The notes under the pieces were generated by a model. The model was not told the DNA's origin and made no database searches. It saw nothing but the letters and a program-made list of their open reading frames with translations. Positions 38,856 to 46,683 of a stretch of 64,000 nucleotides of DNA are shown here, piece by piece. The stretch lies in NCBI GenBank assembly GCA_031418035.1, contig JANOWU010000037.1:873-64872 (forward strand), written 5' to 3'. The DNA is from Acidimicrobiia bacterium (GTDB lineage Bacteria; Actinomycetota; Acidimicrobiia; Acidimicrobiales; JANYDT01). Position numbers and translations under genes: made by a program. How positions within the stretch are numbered: the first letter of the stretch is position 1; each line of letters starts with the position of its first letter.

Positions 38856-39251
38856 ATGGCCCGACCGGTTCGCATCGAAGCGGTTTCCCGGCGCACCGAC
38901 TTCGAAACGTTGTCACGTGCCTCCAAACGGGCTTCGTGTGGCGTCGTCTCGGTGACCTTTGCCGATCGTTCGACACCGGGACCAGAGCCCGTGAACGCGA
39001 GCGGCGCAGTGGGGGCGAACGTCAGTGATTCGGATGTGGTTCGCGTTTCCTATGCCGTGAGCCGACATACCGGGAATGCAGTCGTGCGCAATCGGGTTCG
39101 ACGTCGTTTTCGGGCGGCACTGTCGGAATTTTCCTTGGCGCCCGGGCTGTATCTGGTTCGTCCTCGATCGGGTGTTCTCGACGCACCGTTTGCGACGCTT
39201 CGCGCGGATTTGTTTGAGGCCTGCAACCGAGTGGGAGCGATTCGTGAGTGA
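38856..39251 (+). CDS. rnpA: Ribonuclease P protein component
   Basis: Lies downstream of rpmH. Contains the conserved RNR-type motif GNAVVRNRVRRRFRAA. The start is ATG at 38856. Confidence 0.85.
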   Translation: MARPVRIEAVSRRTDFETLSRASKRASCGVVSVTFADRSTPGPEPVNASGAVGANVSDSDVVRVSYAVSRHTGNAVVRNRVRRRFRAALSEFSLAPGLYLVRPRSGVLDAPFATLRADLFEACNRVGAIRE

Positions 39252-39525
39252 TCGACGCACCGAGTCGCCAACGCAACGAAGCTCTGGTCGTTTCGTGCGA
39301 GTCTGTATCCGTTTGATCTCCGCGTATCAGGTGGCACGGGCGGGCCGGATCTCTCCGTGTCGGTTCTATCCGTCGTGCAGTTCCTACGGCCTCGAGGCAC
39401 TTGAGACGCACGGTGCAGCTCGAGGACTTTGGTTGACCGGTCGTCGAGTTCTTCGCTGTCGCCCCGGCGGTCCGTCGGGTGTCGATCTGGTTCCGTCTCC
39501 ATCGAAGGTGCACATCCATGCTTAA
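39244..39525 (+). CDS. yidD: Membrane protein insertion efficiency factor YidD
   Basis: LISAYQVARAGRISPCRFYPSCSSYGLEALETHG is the YidD signature. The GTG start at 39244 overlaps the rnpA end. Confidence 0.85.
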   Translation: MSDRRTESPTQRSSGRFVRVCIRLISAYQVARAGRISPCRFYPSCSSYGLEALETHGAARGLWLTGRRVLRCRPGGPSGVDLVPSPSKVHIHA

Positions 39526-40534
39526 TTCCCTGTACAGCGCCCTCGGTTGGCTGTTGTCCATGTTCTACGAACTCACGAAGAGTTACGGTTTCGCCATCGT
39601 CTTGCTCACCGTGGCAGTTCGACTGGTGCTGTTTCCCCTTACGGCCAAGCAGATGCGCTCGATGCAGGGCATGTCGAAGCTGCAACCCGAACTGAAGAAG
39701 CTCCAGGCCGAGCACAAAGACGATCGCATGAAGCTGCAGGAGGAGATGACCGCCCTCTACAAGCGTGAGGGCGTGAGTCCCGTTGGTGGTTGTCTGCCGC
39801 TCATCATGCAGATTCCGGTGTTCATCGGGCTGTTCAACGTGATTCGAGGACTCACGAACTCGGGGCGTCTGGCCTGGATGCAAATCGAAGTTCCGAAACC
39901 GAAGTATCTGAATACCAGCGGAGATATGTACCGATCGATCGTGCGCAGCGGCGGTCGGCTGGTGTCGTTCGGTTTCGACTTGGCGCAATCGGCGAGCGGC
40001 GCAACGGGTGGACTGAGCAAACGGGCACCCTTCGTCATGTTGGTTGTGGCCTATGTGGTCACGGCCTTCTTGCAACAGCACCTCGCCGCCAAACGAAACA
40101 CCACGCCGCTGACCGGGCCAAACGCCCAAGTGCAGCAGATCATGAAAATTTTTCCATTGTTCCTGGGCTTCTTTTATTACACGATGCCCGCCGGCCTGGT
40201 CCTGTACTTCGTGGCGTCAAACGTGTGGACGATCGGGCAACAGGAAGTTCTTGCCCGGGTCATGCCCAGTACTCCCCCGCCGGTCGTCGATGCGCCCTCG
40301 ACAGAGAAAGTCGTGAACGAGTCGAAGGATTCCACGCCGGCGCGCTCGAAGTCTTCAGGTACGAAACCTGTTGCCACGCCGAACAGCACCACCAAGCCAC
40401 AGCCCGGATCGACCCCGCGAGTCCAACAGCAGAAACAGCAAAAAGCTGCGAACAACAGTGCCGACAACAAACCCGGCATAGGAACAAACACAGCCCGCGG
40501 CACCAACGCCGCGAAAAAGCGAAAAGGACGCTGA
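39518..40534 (+). CDS. yidC: Membrane protein insertase YidC
   Basis: MLNSLYSALGWLLSMFY...LFPLTAKQMRSMQGMSKLQPELKKLQAEHKDDRMKLQEEMTALYKREGVSPVGGCLPLIMQIPVF is the YidC/Oxa1 core. The basic C-terminal tail also fits. Confidence 0.9.
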   Translation: MLNSLYSALGWLLSMFYELTKSYGFAIVLLTVAVRLVLFPLTAKQMRSMQGMSKLQPELKKLQAEHKDDRMKLQEEMTALYKREGVSPVGGCLPLIMQIPVFIGLFNVIRGLTNSGRLAWMQIEVPKPKYLNTSGDMYRSIVRSGGRLVSFGFDLAQSASGATGGLSKRAPFVMLVVAYVVTAFLQQHLAAKRNTTPLTGPNAQVQQIMKIFPLFLGFFYYTMPAGLVLYFVASNVWTIGQQEVLARVMPSTPPPVVDAPSTEKVVNESKDSTPARSKSSGTKPVATPNSTTKPQPGSTPRVQQQKQQKAANNSADNKPGIGTNTARGTNAAKKRKGR

Positions 40535-40535
40535 C

Positions 40536-41390
40536 ATGGAGTGGGTAGAGACCACCGGTAAGACCATCGAAGAGGCAACGAGTCTTGCGCTCGATCAGCT
40601 GGGTATATCTGCCGATGACGCAGAGGTCGAAGTACTCGACGAACCGAAGAGCGGATTGTTCGGGCGAGTGCGAGCAGAGGCGCGGATCCGAGCTCGAGTT
40701 CGTCCGACCCAACCGCGCGCCAAAGATGAGCGACGCAAACCTCGAGCGAAAAAGGGCGCCGAGGCCGCGTCTGGGGAAACGCCCGCTTCCGACGAGACCG
40801 ATGCGGAGCGTTCGCCGTCGCGAGCCCCACGCTCGCCCCGGCCGAGCCGAGAACCACGTGAAGCACGCGAAGACCGTGGCGACCGTGGGCCGCGCCGTGA
40901 ACGAGGGGACCGATACGAGTCCCTCGACGCCGTTCCCGCCGAGATCGAAGAAGCCGGTCGCAAGTTCCTCGATGGTTTGCTCGGATCGATGGGCCTCACT
41001 GCCGAGATCGAAGCCGGAGTCGTCAACGACAACATGATCGAATTTCGGGCGACGGGTCGTGATCTCGGTGTGTTGATCGGTCCGGGAGCACAGACGCTCC
41101 AAGCCATCCAGGAATTGCTTCGCACTGTCATTCACTACGAAACCAACTCGAGTTCGGGACGAATACTGCTCGACGTCGCCGGATACCGCGAGAAGCGTAA
41201 AGCCGCGCTGGTCTCGTTCACGGCCAAGGTCGCCGCCGAAGTGGTTGCCTCAGGCGAGCGCCGTGCGTTTGAGCCGATGGCTGCAGCAGATCGAAAAGTT
41301 GTGCACGATGCCGTTGGCAACATCGATGGTGTGCAGTCGACGAGCGAGGGTGAAGAGCCGCATCGCTACGTCGTGCTGTTGCCGGAATAG
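40536..41390 (+). CDS. jag: Jag/KhpB-like RNA-binding protein (Jag_N, KH, R3H domains)
   Basis: N-terminus MEWVETTGKTIEEATSLALDQLG; C-terminal KH/R3H region with RKVVHDAV...STSEGEEPHRYVVL; conserved position after yidC. Confidence 0.85.
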   Translation: MEWVETTGKTIEEATSLALDQLGISADDAEVEVLDEPKSGLFGRVRAEARIRARVRPTQPRAKDERRKPRAKKGAEAASGETPASDETDAERSPSRAPRSPRPSREPREAREDRGDRGPRRERGDRYESLDAVPAEIEEAGRKFLDGLLGSMGLTAEIEAGVVNDNMIEFRATGRDLGVLIGPGAQTLQAIQELLRTVIHYETNSSSGRILLDVAGYREKRKAALVSFTAKVAAEVVASGERRAFEPMAAADRKVVHDAVGNIDGVQSTSEGEEPHRYVVLLPE

Positions 41391-41394
41391 CTGG

Positions 41395-42036
41395 TTGACC
41401 GAGTCATTGTCTGACGAGCCCCTTCTCGCGTGCCTGGAACGCGCACGCGAGTTGGGGTACCTCGGTCCTGGACCGATTGCGCGACACATCGAACATGCGA
41501 TGGGGTTTGCCGAAATCGTGGAGCGGCACACGCCGCATGTGATCCACGACGCAGTGCGGGTGGTTGATCTCGGTTCCGGCGGTGGTGTGCCCGGGCTGGT
41601 CTTGTTGCGGCGTTGGCCGCTCTCGCGCTGGTTGTTCTTGGACACCAACCAGCGGCGCATGGCAACGCTGCGCGAAGCTCTCGTCGAACTCGGCGAGGAC
41701 GGACGCGCCGAGGTGGTGTGTGGACGTGCCGAGGAGGAGTCAGGTCAACCCGGTCGACGTGGCTCCTTCGACATTGTCGTCGCACGCGGGTTCGGACCTC
41801 CCGCCGTTACCGCGGAATGCGCCGCTCCCCTCCTGGTTGTCGACGGAAGTCTCGTGGTGAGCGAACCGCCCGAGGACCGTCCCCGATGGGACGCTCCTGG
41901 TTTGGCCACGCTTGGTCTATCCGGCGATGTGGGAGTTGCGGCGGGATTTCGGTTCTTCGTCGCGACCCAGGTTTCTCCGTGTCCGGCCCGCTTTCCGCGG
42001 CGCACCGGTATTCCCGCGAAGCGCCCACTCTTTTAG
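41395..42036 (+). CDS. rsmG: 16S rRNA (guanine527-N7)-methyltransferase RsmG (GidB)
   Basis: VVDLGSGGGVPGLVL (SAM motif), VVARGF, and the position after jag. The start is uncertain: TTG at 41395 or 41407. Confidence 0.8.
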   Translation: MTESLSDEPLLACLERARELGYLGPGPIARHIEHAMGFAEIVERHTPHVIHDAVRVVDLGSGGGVPGLVLLRRWPLSRWLFLDTNQRRMATLREALVELGEDGRAEVVCGRAEEESGQPGRRGSFDIVVARGFGPPAVTAECAAPLLVVDGSLVVSEPPEDRPRWDAPGLATLGLSGDVGVAAGFRFFVATQVSPCPARFPRRTGIPAKRPLF

Positions 42037-42826
42037 ACATTCATCCTTCGAGACGCTCCCGCAACGAGTCGCCCGAGATCTCCGGCAGGTGCGACTCGGG
42101 TCGGGACCCCGGGTCAGGACACCGGTCCCCTGCGTCATGATGAGACACGATGACGTTTTAGCGGCGAGCCTCGTCGGCGGCGCCGACGGGCGTGTGACCG
42201 GACCCTGGGGATCCGCTCCACGAACCGTCGCGATTGCAATGCGGTCCGCCGCCTCAGTGTCTCGCGCCGACCGCACTTGTGGTGCGCCGAAGGGGTGGCG
42301 TTGAGCGTCGGCGTGGATGCGTGGTCGACCCGACGCCTGACCCGACGCGGCGACTCCTGGCAAGTGGTCCGGCGCGATACGGTGAAACACCCTGCGGTTC
42401 GCAATCGGTTCCATACGTGACGAACAGCGCTGGATCGAAACCGATCGTCGACGACGTGCTCCTTCTTCGAACACGTGGGTGGCAAGCTCGGTGGTCGGTG
42501 GCGTTCCGCTGGTGTTCTCCGATCGAGACGTGCACACCTGGCTCGAACAAGGGCTACGCAGTGAGAACTCGACGGGAGGTTCGGCCAAGCTTGACGGAAG
42601 CGGCCCGACGCCTCGTTGCCACTGCATCTCGCTGACAAGTGTACGTCCGCCGACTCGCTCCGACTTCGACCTTCGCCACCAGACCGAACGCCCGCCCAAC
42701 GGATCACCGCAAACTCCGGCGTCTCCCGGCGAGGTAGGGGCGGCGTCAGTTTTCACGTACATCGAGACGTGAATCGCACGACCTTCGACGATCCCTGCCG
42801 AGCCGACCGAGCCTTGAGGGCGTCGG

Positions 42827-42842
42827 TATTTCACGTGAAACA
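42827..42842. promoter_or_regulatory. parS site (TATTTCACGTGAAACA, 1 mismatch to TGTTTCACGTGAAACA)
   Basis: Read directly. Palindromic core TTTCACGTGAAA. Confidence 0.8.
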
Positions 42843-42968
42843 TCGGACGTGGATTGTGCCGTTGGCGACGCCCCGTCGTCCAGCTGGCGATGCCAAAGTG
42901 TTCGCGTGAAGTATCGGGAGCGAATAGCACCGACTACGACCTTTCTTCAGTGGGCAGTGCGGAGGCGA

Positions 42969-42984
42969 TGTTTCACGTGAAACA
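42969..42984. promoter_or_regulatory. parS site (perfect TGTTTCACGTGAAACA)
   Basis: Read directly. Confidence 0.9.
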
Positions 42985-43109
42985 TCAGTCGTGGATTGTG
43001 CCGATGGCGACGCCCCCTCCGTCTAGTTGACGGGATGCGCAGTGCTTCCGTGAACATCAGAGTGGATAGCACCGACTACGACTGTCCTTCAGCGGGCACG
43101 TGGGCGGGC

Positions 43110-43125
43110 AGTTTCACGTGAAACA
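43110..43125. promoter_or_regulatory. parS site (AGTTTCACGTGAAACA, 1 mismatch)
   Basis: Read directly. Confidence 0.85.
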
Positions 43126-43191
43126 TCAAGACATGAACCGCAACCTTCGCGCATCTCCTCCGAGGCTTCCGAGACTTTGGGCGGGCGTCGG

Positions 43192-43207
43192 TGCTTCACG
43201 TGAAACG
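43192..43207. promoter_or_regulatory. parS site (TGCTTCACGTGAAACG, 2 mismatches)
   Basis: Read directly. Confidence 0.7.
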
Positions 43208-43893
43208 CATTGCGCGCAACGTACTTCAAAACAATGCGCTTACTGAGTGGAGGGCGAGTGACCTGTCACCGAAGTGTGTTGCACGGACTTGTTGCCAACA
43301 AGGAGGCAATAGGCGATATGGTCGGCCGTAGTTCGATCGTGGCCACGGGCTGAATGAAACCCTCGGCTATGACCGGGCGAGACAGTTGGTCGAGGAAAGT
43401 GAGCGAACCGGCATTTCCGTTGCGGACTTTCGGTACGCGAAGGGTACGTGGACACCGAAACGACCGAGAGGCTCACCGACCCGTCCGGCTAGTGCTGCCG
43501 GCGCGCCTGCGGGACGTAGTGTTTCCCTCGGCTGGGAGCAGCTTGGTGTTCGGACGAACGGCAGGATCTATTACATGGAGCGATGTGCTCGTAGGACCAC
43601 GTCATCGAGGTGATGGTTCGCGGAGGCGGCAGCATGTGGGCGTGGTCGGGTCTCACTCAGCTGCCGTGGGCGGCGGCAGGGAGGACTTGTTGGCTTGTCG
43701 CCCGCGAAGGTTGGCGCCACCGTGCCAGGTTGGTGCCTGAGGCGGCGGTCACTGCGCGAACCCTGGCACTGTGGTGCCAACTTCTGACGGCGACTCGTTT
43801 CGCGGCGTGATTCGCTCAGGCCTCGAACGCCGTGCGGCCGCAGGCGCGGGACCGTGCCCGCGGCATCCCATGTCGAGCTGGCGGGAAGGGCAG

Positions 43894-43909
43894 CGTTTCA
43901 CGTGAAACA
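43894..43909. promoter_or_regulatory. parS site (CGTTTCACGTGAAACA, 1 mismatch)
   Basis: Read directly. Confidence 0.85.
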
Positions 43910-44031
43910 GGCACGTGATTGCGCCGACAGCGAATCAGTTCAGTCGAGCTGGCGGGACACGCCGGTGTGAAACATCGAGGGTGAATCCCACCGACTACGA
44001 CCGTCCTCCATCGGGCACTTGGGCGGGGCAC

Positions 44032-44047
44032 TGTTTCACGTGAAACA
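44032..44047. promoter_or_regulatory. parS site (perfect TGTTTCACGTGAAACA)
   Basis: Read directly. Confidence 0.9.
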
Positions 44048-44102
44048 TCGAAAGTGAACCGCAGACCCTCACTCTTCCCACGAGCACTCGGCAAGGTGTC
44101 GA

Positions 44103-44118
44103 CGTTTCACGTGAGACA
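44103..44118. promoter_or_regulatory. parS site (CGTTTCACGTGAGACA, 2 mismatches)
   Basis: Read directly. Confidence 0.7.
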
Positions 44119-44198
44119 TCAAATGTTAAGCCCGCATCTTTGGCGCCTCATGAACCGGGCGGGACCTACCCCCACCCGGCCCATACCGGGGACGGCAA

Positions 44199-44214
44199 TG
44201 TTTCACGTGAAACA
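44199..44214. promoter_or_regulatory. parS site (perfect TGTTTCACGTGAAACA)
   Basis: Read directly. Confidence 0.9.
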
Positions 44215-44393
44215 GCCCGTGAATGGGACCACCGGCGGTCGTGCCTCTCACGCATCAGCGCATCCGAGGGAGTGCAAGGAGATCAAAAGACCTTGGTCGC
44301 GCCCTCGGGAGCGTCGAATCGGGTGATCGGCGCCTTAGGTCGGCCATCAGGCAAGAATGTTTGCGAAATGCCGAGGAGATGCACCAGCGCGAA

Positions 44394-44409
44394 TGTTTCA
44401 CGTGAAACA
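44394..44409. promoter_or_regulatory. parS site (perfect TGTTTCACGTGAAACA), 43 nt upstream of the parA start
   Basis: Read directly. It overlaps the likely parAB promoter/leader. Confidence 0.9.
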
Positions 44410-44451
44410 CTGGAGCATCCCTTCCTGGTCGAGTGACGATCACGGTCTCGT

Positions 44452-45285
44452 ATGAAGGATCCCACCGCTATGTCCGGCACAGCACCGGCGACCTCGTTCG
44501 CCCGGCCCTTTCCCAGAACTATCGCCATTGCCAACCAAAAAGGCGGTGTCGGCAAGACGACTACCGCCGTGAACCTGTCCGCAGCTCTTGCCGACCGCGG
44601 GTACCGGGTCCTGGTCGTCGATCTCGATCCGCAAGGCAACGCAACCACCGGATTGGGCGTGAACGCTCGAAATCTGGAGTTTTCGGTCTATGACGTGTTG
44701 ATGCGCGACACGCCAATGGAGGATGCCGTCGAGGCGACGTCCGTCCAGAACCTCTTCCTGGTTCCGACGACGATCGATCTGGCCGGGGCCGAGATCGAAT
44801 TGGTACCGGCCTTCAGTCGGGAACTGAAGTTGCGGCGAGCGATTGCTCGAGTGATCGATGATTTCGACTTCATCATCATCGACTGTCCGCCGTCTCTCGG
44901 CCTCCTGACGATCAACGCCCTGGCCGCGGCGTCGGAAGTCGTGGTCCCGATTCAATGCGAGTACTACGCATTGGAGGGCCTTGGCCAGCTGCTTCGCAAC
45001 GTCAACCTGGTGCAATCGAACCTGAACCAGACGTTGGAGATCAGCGCGATCATTCTCACCATGTACGACGCTCGGACGAAACTGGCCGACCAAGTCATGC
45101 ATGAAATTCGCACCCACTTCGGTGATCGAGTGTGTCGGAACATCGTTCCTCGTAGTGTGCGACTGTCGGAGGCCCCGTCGTTCGGGCAGCCGATTACGGT
45201 ATTCGACCCCACCTCACGGGGAGCAGTGGCCTACAGGGGCCTGGCAAAGGAGATAAGTGGTGGTGCGCCAAAGCGGACTGGGTAA
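44452..45285 (+). CDS. parA: Chromosome partitioning ATPase ParA (Soj)
   Basis: Deviant Walker A IAIANQKGGVGKTTTAVNL, plus LVVDLDPQGNAT. An alternative start is ATG at 44470. Confidence 0.95.
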   Translation: MKDPTAMSGTAPATSFARPFPRTIAIANQKGGVGKTTTAVNLSAALADRGYRVLVVDLDPQGNATTGLGVNARNLEFSVYDVLMRDTPMEDAVEATSVQNLFLVPTTIDLAGAEIELVPAFSRELKLRRAIARVIDDFDFIIIDCPPSLGLLTINALAAASEVVVPIQCEYYALEGLGQLLRNVNLVQSNLNQTLEISAIILTMYDARTKLADQVMHEIRTHFGDRVCRNIVPRSVRLSEAPSFGQPITVFDPTSRGAVAYRGLAKEISGGAPKRTG

Positions 45286-46195
45286 AGGATTGGGGGCATT
45301 GCTTCCGACATCGACAGAGGCACCAATTCTCGAAGGCGGGTCCACGGTCGGGCGATTGATCGAGATCAATATCGGCGACATTCGACCCAACACCTATCAG
45401 CCTCGATCGACGTTCGACGACGAGGGCATCGAAAGCCTCGCCGCGTCTATTCGCGAGTTGGGTGTGCTGCAACCCATCTTGGTTCGCTCGACCCCCGAGG
45501 GCGGATACGAACTCATCGCTGGTGAGCGGCGTTGGCGAGCGGCTCGCCGGGCCGGGCTCAGCGTCGTTCCTGCGGTCGTGAAGTCGGCCGATGACAATGC
45601 GGCGCTGGAACAGGCTTTGGTGGAGAACTTGCATCGGGCGGATCTCAATCCGCTCGAGGAGGCGGCCGCTTTTCAGCAGCTCATTGACGATTTCGGCTTC
45701 ACCCACGAGCAGGTGGCCGATCGTGTCGGCAAGAGCCGCGCCGCGGTATCGAATACCCTGCGCCTGTTCCAACTCTCCCCGTCGATCCAGCGGTTCGTGT
45801 TGGAGGGCAAACTGTCGGCCGGACACGCTCGTTCCCTTCTCGGGACGACCGATAAGGCGTTCCAGGAGGCTCTCGCTCGCCGAATCGTGCAGGAGGAGCT
45901 ATCGGTACGGGCAACCGAGGAAGCCGTGAAGTTGCGGTTGAATCCGGCCGCCGCGAGTCCCAGGTCATCTGCAGGGCCGGGAACGGGTGCGCCGACAGCG
46001 TCGAAAACAGACCGGCCCGCCGGTCTTCTCGAGCTCGAGGAAGTCCTCGCCGGTATATACGACACCCGGGTAGCCATCCAGATGGTGCCGAACAAGAGAG
46101 GTCAGCTCACGATCGAGTTTGCCGACTTGAACGATCTGGAGCGAATATTCCACATAATGACAATCGGGGCCGCCTCCGACACCGTCGAAGGCTGA
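45257..46195 (+). CDS. parB: Chromosome partitioning protein ParB (Spo0J)
   Basis: N-terminus GLGKGLGALLP, CTP-binding/arginine-patch motif GERRWRAARRAGL, and an HTH region. The GTG start at 45257 overlaps the parA end. Confidence 0.95.
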   Translation: MVVRQSGLGKGLGALLPTSTEAPILEGGSTVGRLIEINIGDIRPNTYQPRSTFDDEGIESLAASIRELGVLQPILVRSTPEGGYELIAGERRWRAARRAGLSVVPAVVKSADDNAALEQALVENLHRADLNPLEEAAAFQQLIDDFGFTHEQVADRVGKSRAAVSNTLRLFQLSPSIQRFVLEGKLSAGHARSLLGTTDKAFQEALARRIVQEELSVRATEEAVKLRLNPAAASPRSSAGPGTGAPTASKTDRPAGLLELEEVLAGIYDTRVAIQMVPNKRGQLTIEFADLNDLERIFHIMTIGAASDTVEG

Positions 46196-46243
46196 CCCCG
46201 ATTTCCAAGCTTTGGTCGAACCGTTGTCGGTCGACCGAATCGT

Positions 46244-46570
46244 TTACAGGTGTGGTTCGAGCTCGCTGAGGAGCTGGTACTTCCCTTTCGCGCCGACCAT
46301 GGTGTTGGCCAGCTTGCCGTCCTTGAACAGCAACAGGGTGGGAATGCTCATGACGCCATATCGCTGTGCGACATCGGGGTTGTCGTCGATGTTCAGCTTT
46401 GCGATGGTGAGTCGCCCCTCCTGCTCGTTGGAGATCTCCTCCAACACCGGGGCGATCTTCTTGCACGGTCCGCACCATTCGGCCCAGAAGTCGACGAGGA
46501 TCGGGGTTTCTGCGGCGCCAATCTGTTCGTCGAAGGTTGCATCGCTCAATTCGATGATGTTCTTGCTCAT
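46244..46570 (-). CDS. trxA: Thioredoxin
   Basis: 108 aa with the active site WAEWCGPCK. Confidence 0.95.
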   Translation of the reverse strand: MSKNIIELSDATFDEQIGAAETPILVDFWAEWCGPCKKIAPVLEEISNEQEGRLTIAKLNIDDNPDVAQRYGVMSIPTLLLFKDGKLANTMVGAKGKYQLLSELEPHL

Positions 46571-46683
46571 TGTTGTTTCCTTTCGAGGACTGCGGGAGAA
46601 GTGCGAGAGAAGAGGGGTCGGTGGACGTTGTTGTTTCCTTTCGAGGACTGCGGGAGAAGTGCGAGAAGAGGGTCAGTGGACGT
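46571..46683. repeat. Tandem duplication (58 bp + 55 bp) of the trxB 3' end plus the trxB-trxA intergenic region, including the trxA Shine-Dalgarno
   Basis: Copy 1 is 46571-46628 and copy 2 is 46629-46683; they differ by small indels. Copy 2 contains the real trxB stop (tca at 46673-46675). Copy 1 has tcg at the equivalent position. Both carry cctttc (AAGGAAAC on the minus strand). Confidence 0.9.

Larger units (their letters stand above)
42827..43207. repeat. parS repeat block A: two ~141-bp higher-order units (42827-42968, 42969-43109) plus an ~82-bp unit and a terminal parS
   Basis: Aligned by eye, the two 141-bp units share most positions: parS, then ..cgtggattgtgccg.tggcgacgcccc.., a decayed parS, then agcaccgactacgac..ttcag.gggca. 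Sites and relics are spaced about 70 bp apart. Confidence 0.8.
43894..44118. repeat. parS repeat block B: paralog of block A (one ~138-bp unit 43894-44031, one ~71-bp unit 44032-44102, terminal parS)
   Basis: It has the same internal order as 42969-43207: parS, GTGATT/GTGAAT, a half parS at 43967-43974, CACCGACTACGAC at 43989-44001, GGGCGGGGCA, parS, ..gtgaaccgca.acc.., parS. Confidence 0.75.

Noticed and set aside
41917-42930. A 337-aa minus-strand ORF, and other ORFs (42135..42707 minus, 42234..42635 plus, 42479..42772 plus, 43354..43740 plus, 44283..44648 minus), lie inside the rsmG-parA interval.
   Set aside because: They overlap each other in different frames. Their sequences are Arg/Pro/Ser-rich with no motifs. 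They run straight through parS repeats. This is typical of random ORFs in high-GC DNA.
43270-43460. GTGTG at about 43274 and GAGGAAAGTGAGCGAACC at about 43392 recalled a group II intron 5' end/domain I motif, or the RNase P RNA GAGGAAAGTCC box.
   Set aside because: I could not find a domain V-like hairpin (AGC triad plus GNRA loop), a domain VI bulged A, an RT ORF, or the other RNase P conserved regions. The resemblance is a few nucleotides only. A covariance-model scan would be needed to revive this.
42748-44409. The regularly spaced palindromic repeats (about 16-30 bp every 70 bp or so) superficially resemble a CRISPR array.
   Set aside because: The repeat is the canonical parS palindrome. 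The 'spacers' are homologous to each other, which indicates tandem duplication rather than acquired unique spacers. The spacing is irregular (65-96 bp). There are no cas genes or leader, and the array sits directly upstream of parAB.
46227-46238. A 12-bp perfect palindrome TCGGTCGACCGA between convergent parB and trxA.
   Set aside because: It is short and GC-rich with no T-tract. It could be a weak bidirectional terminator, but I cannot distinguish it from chance in high-GC DNA.
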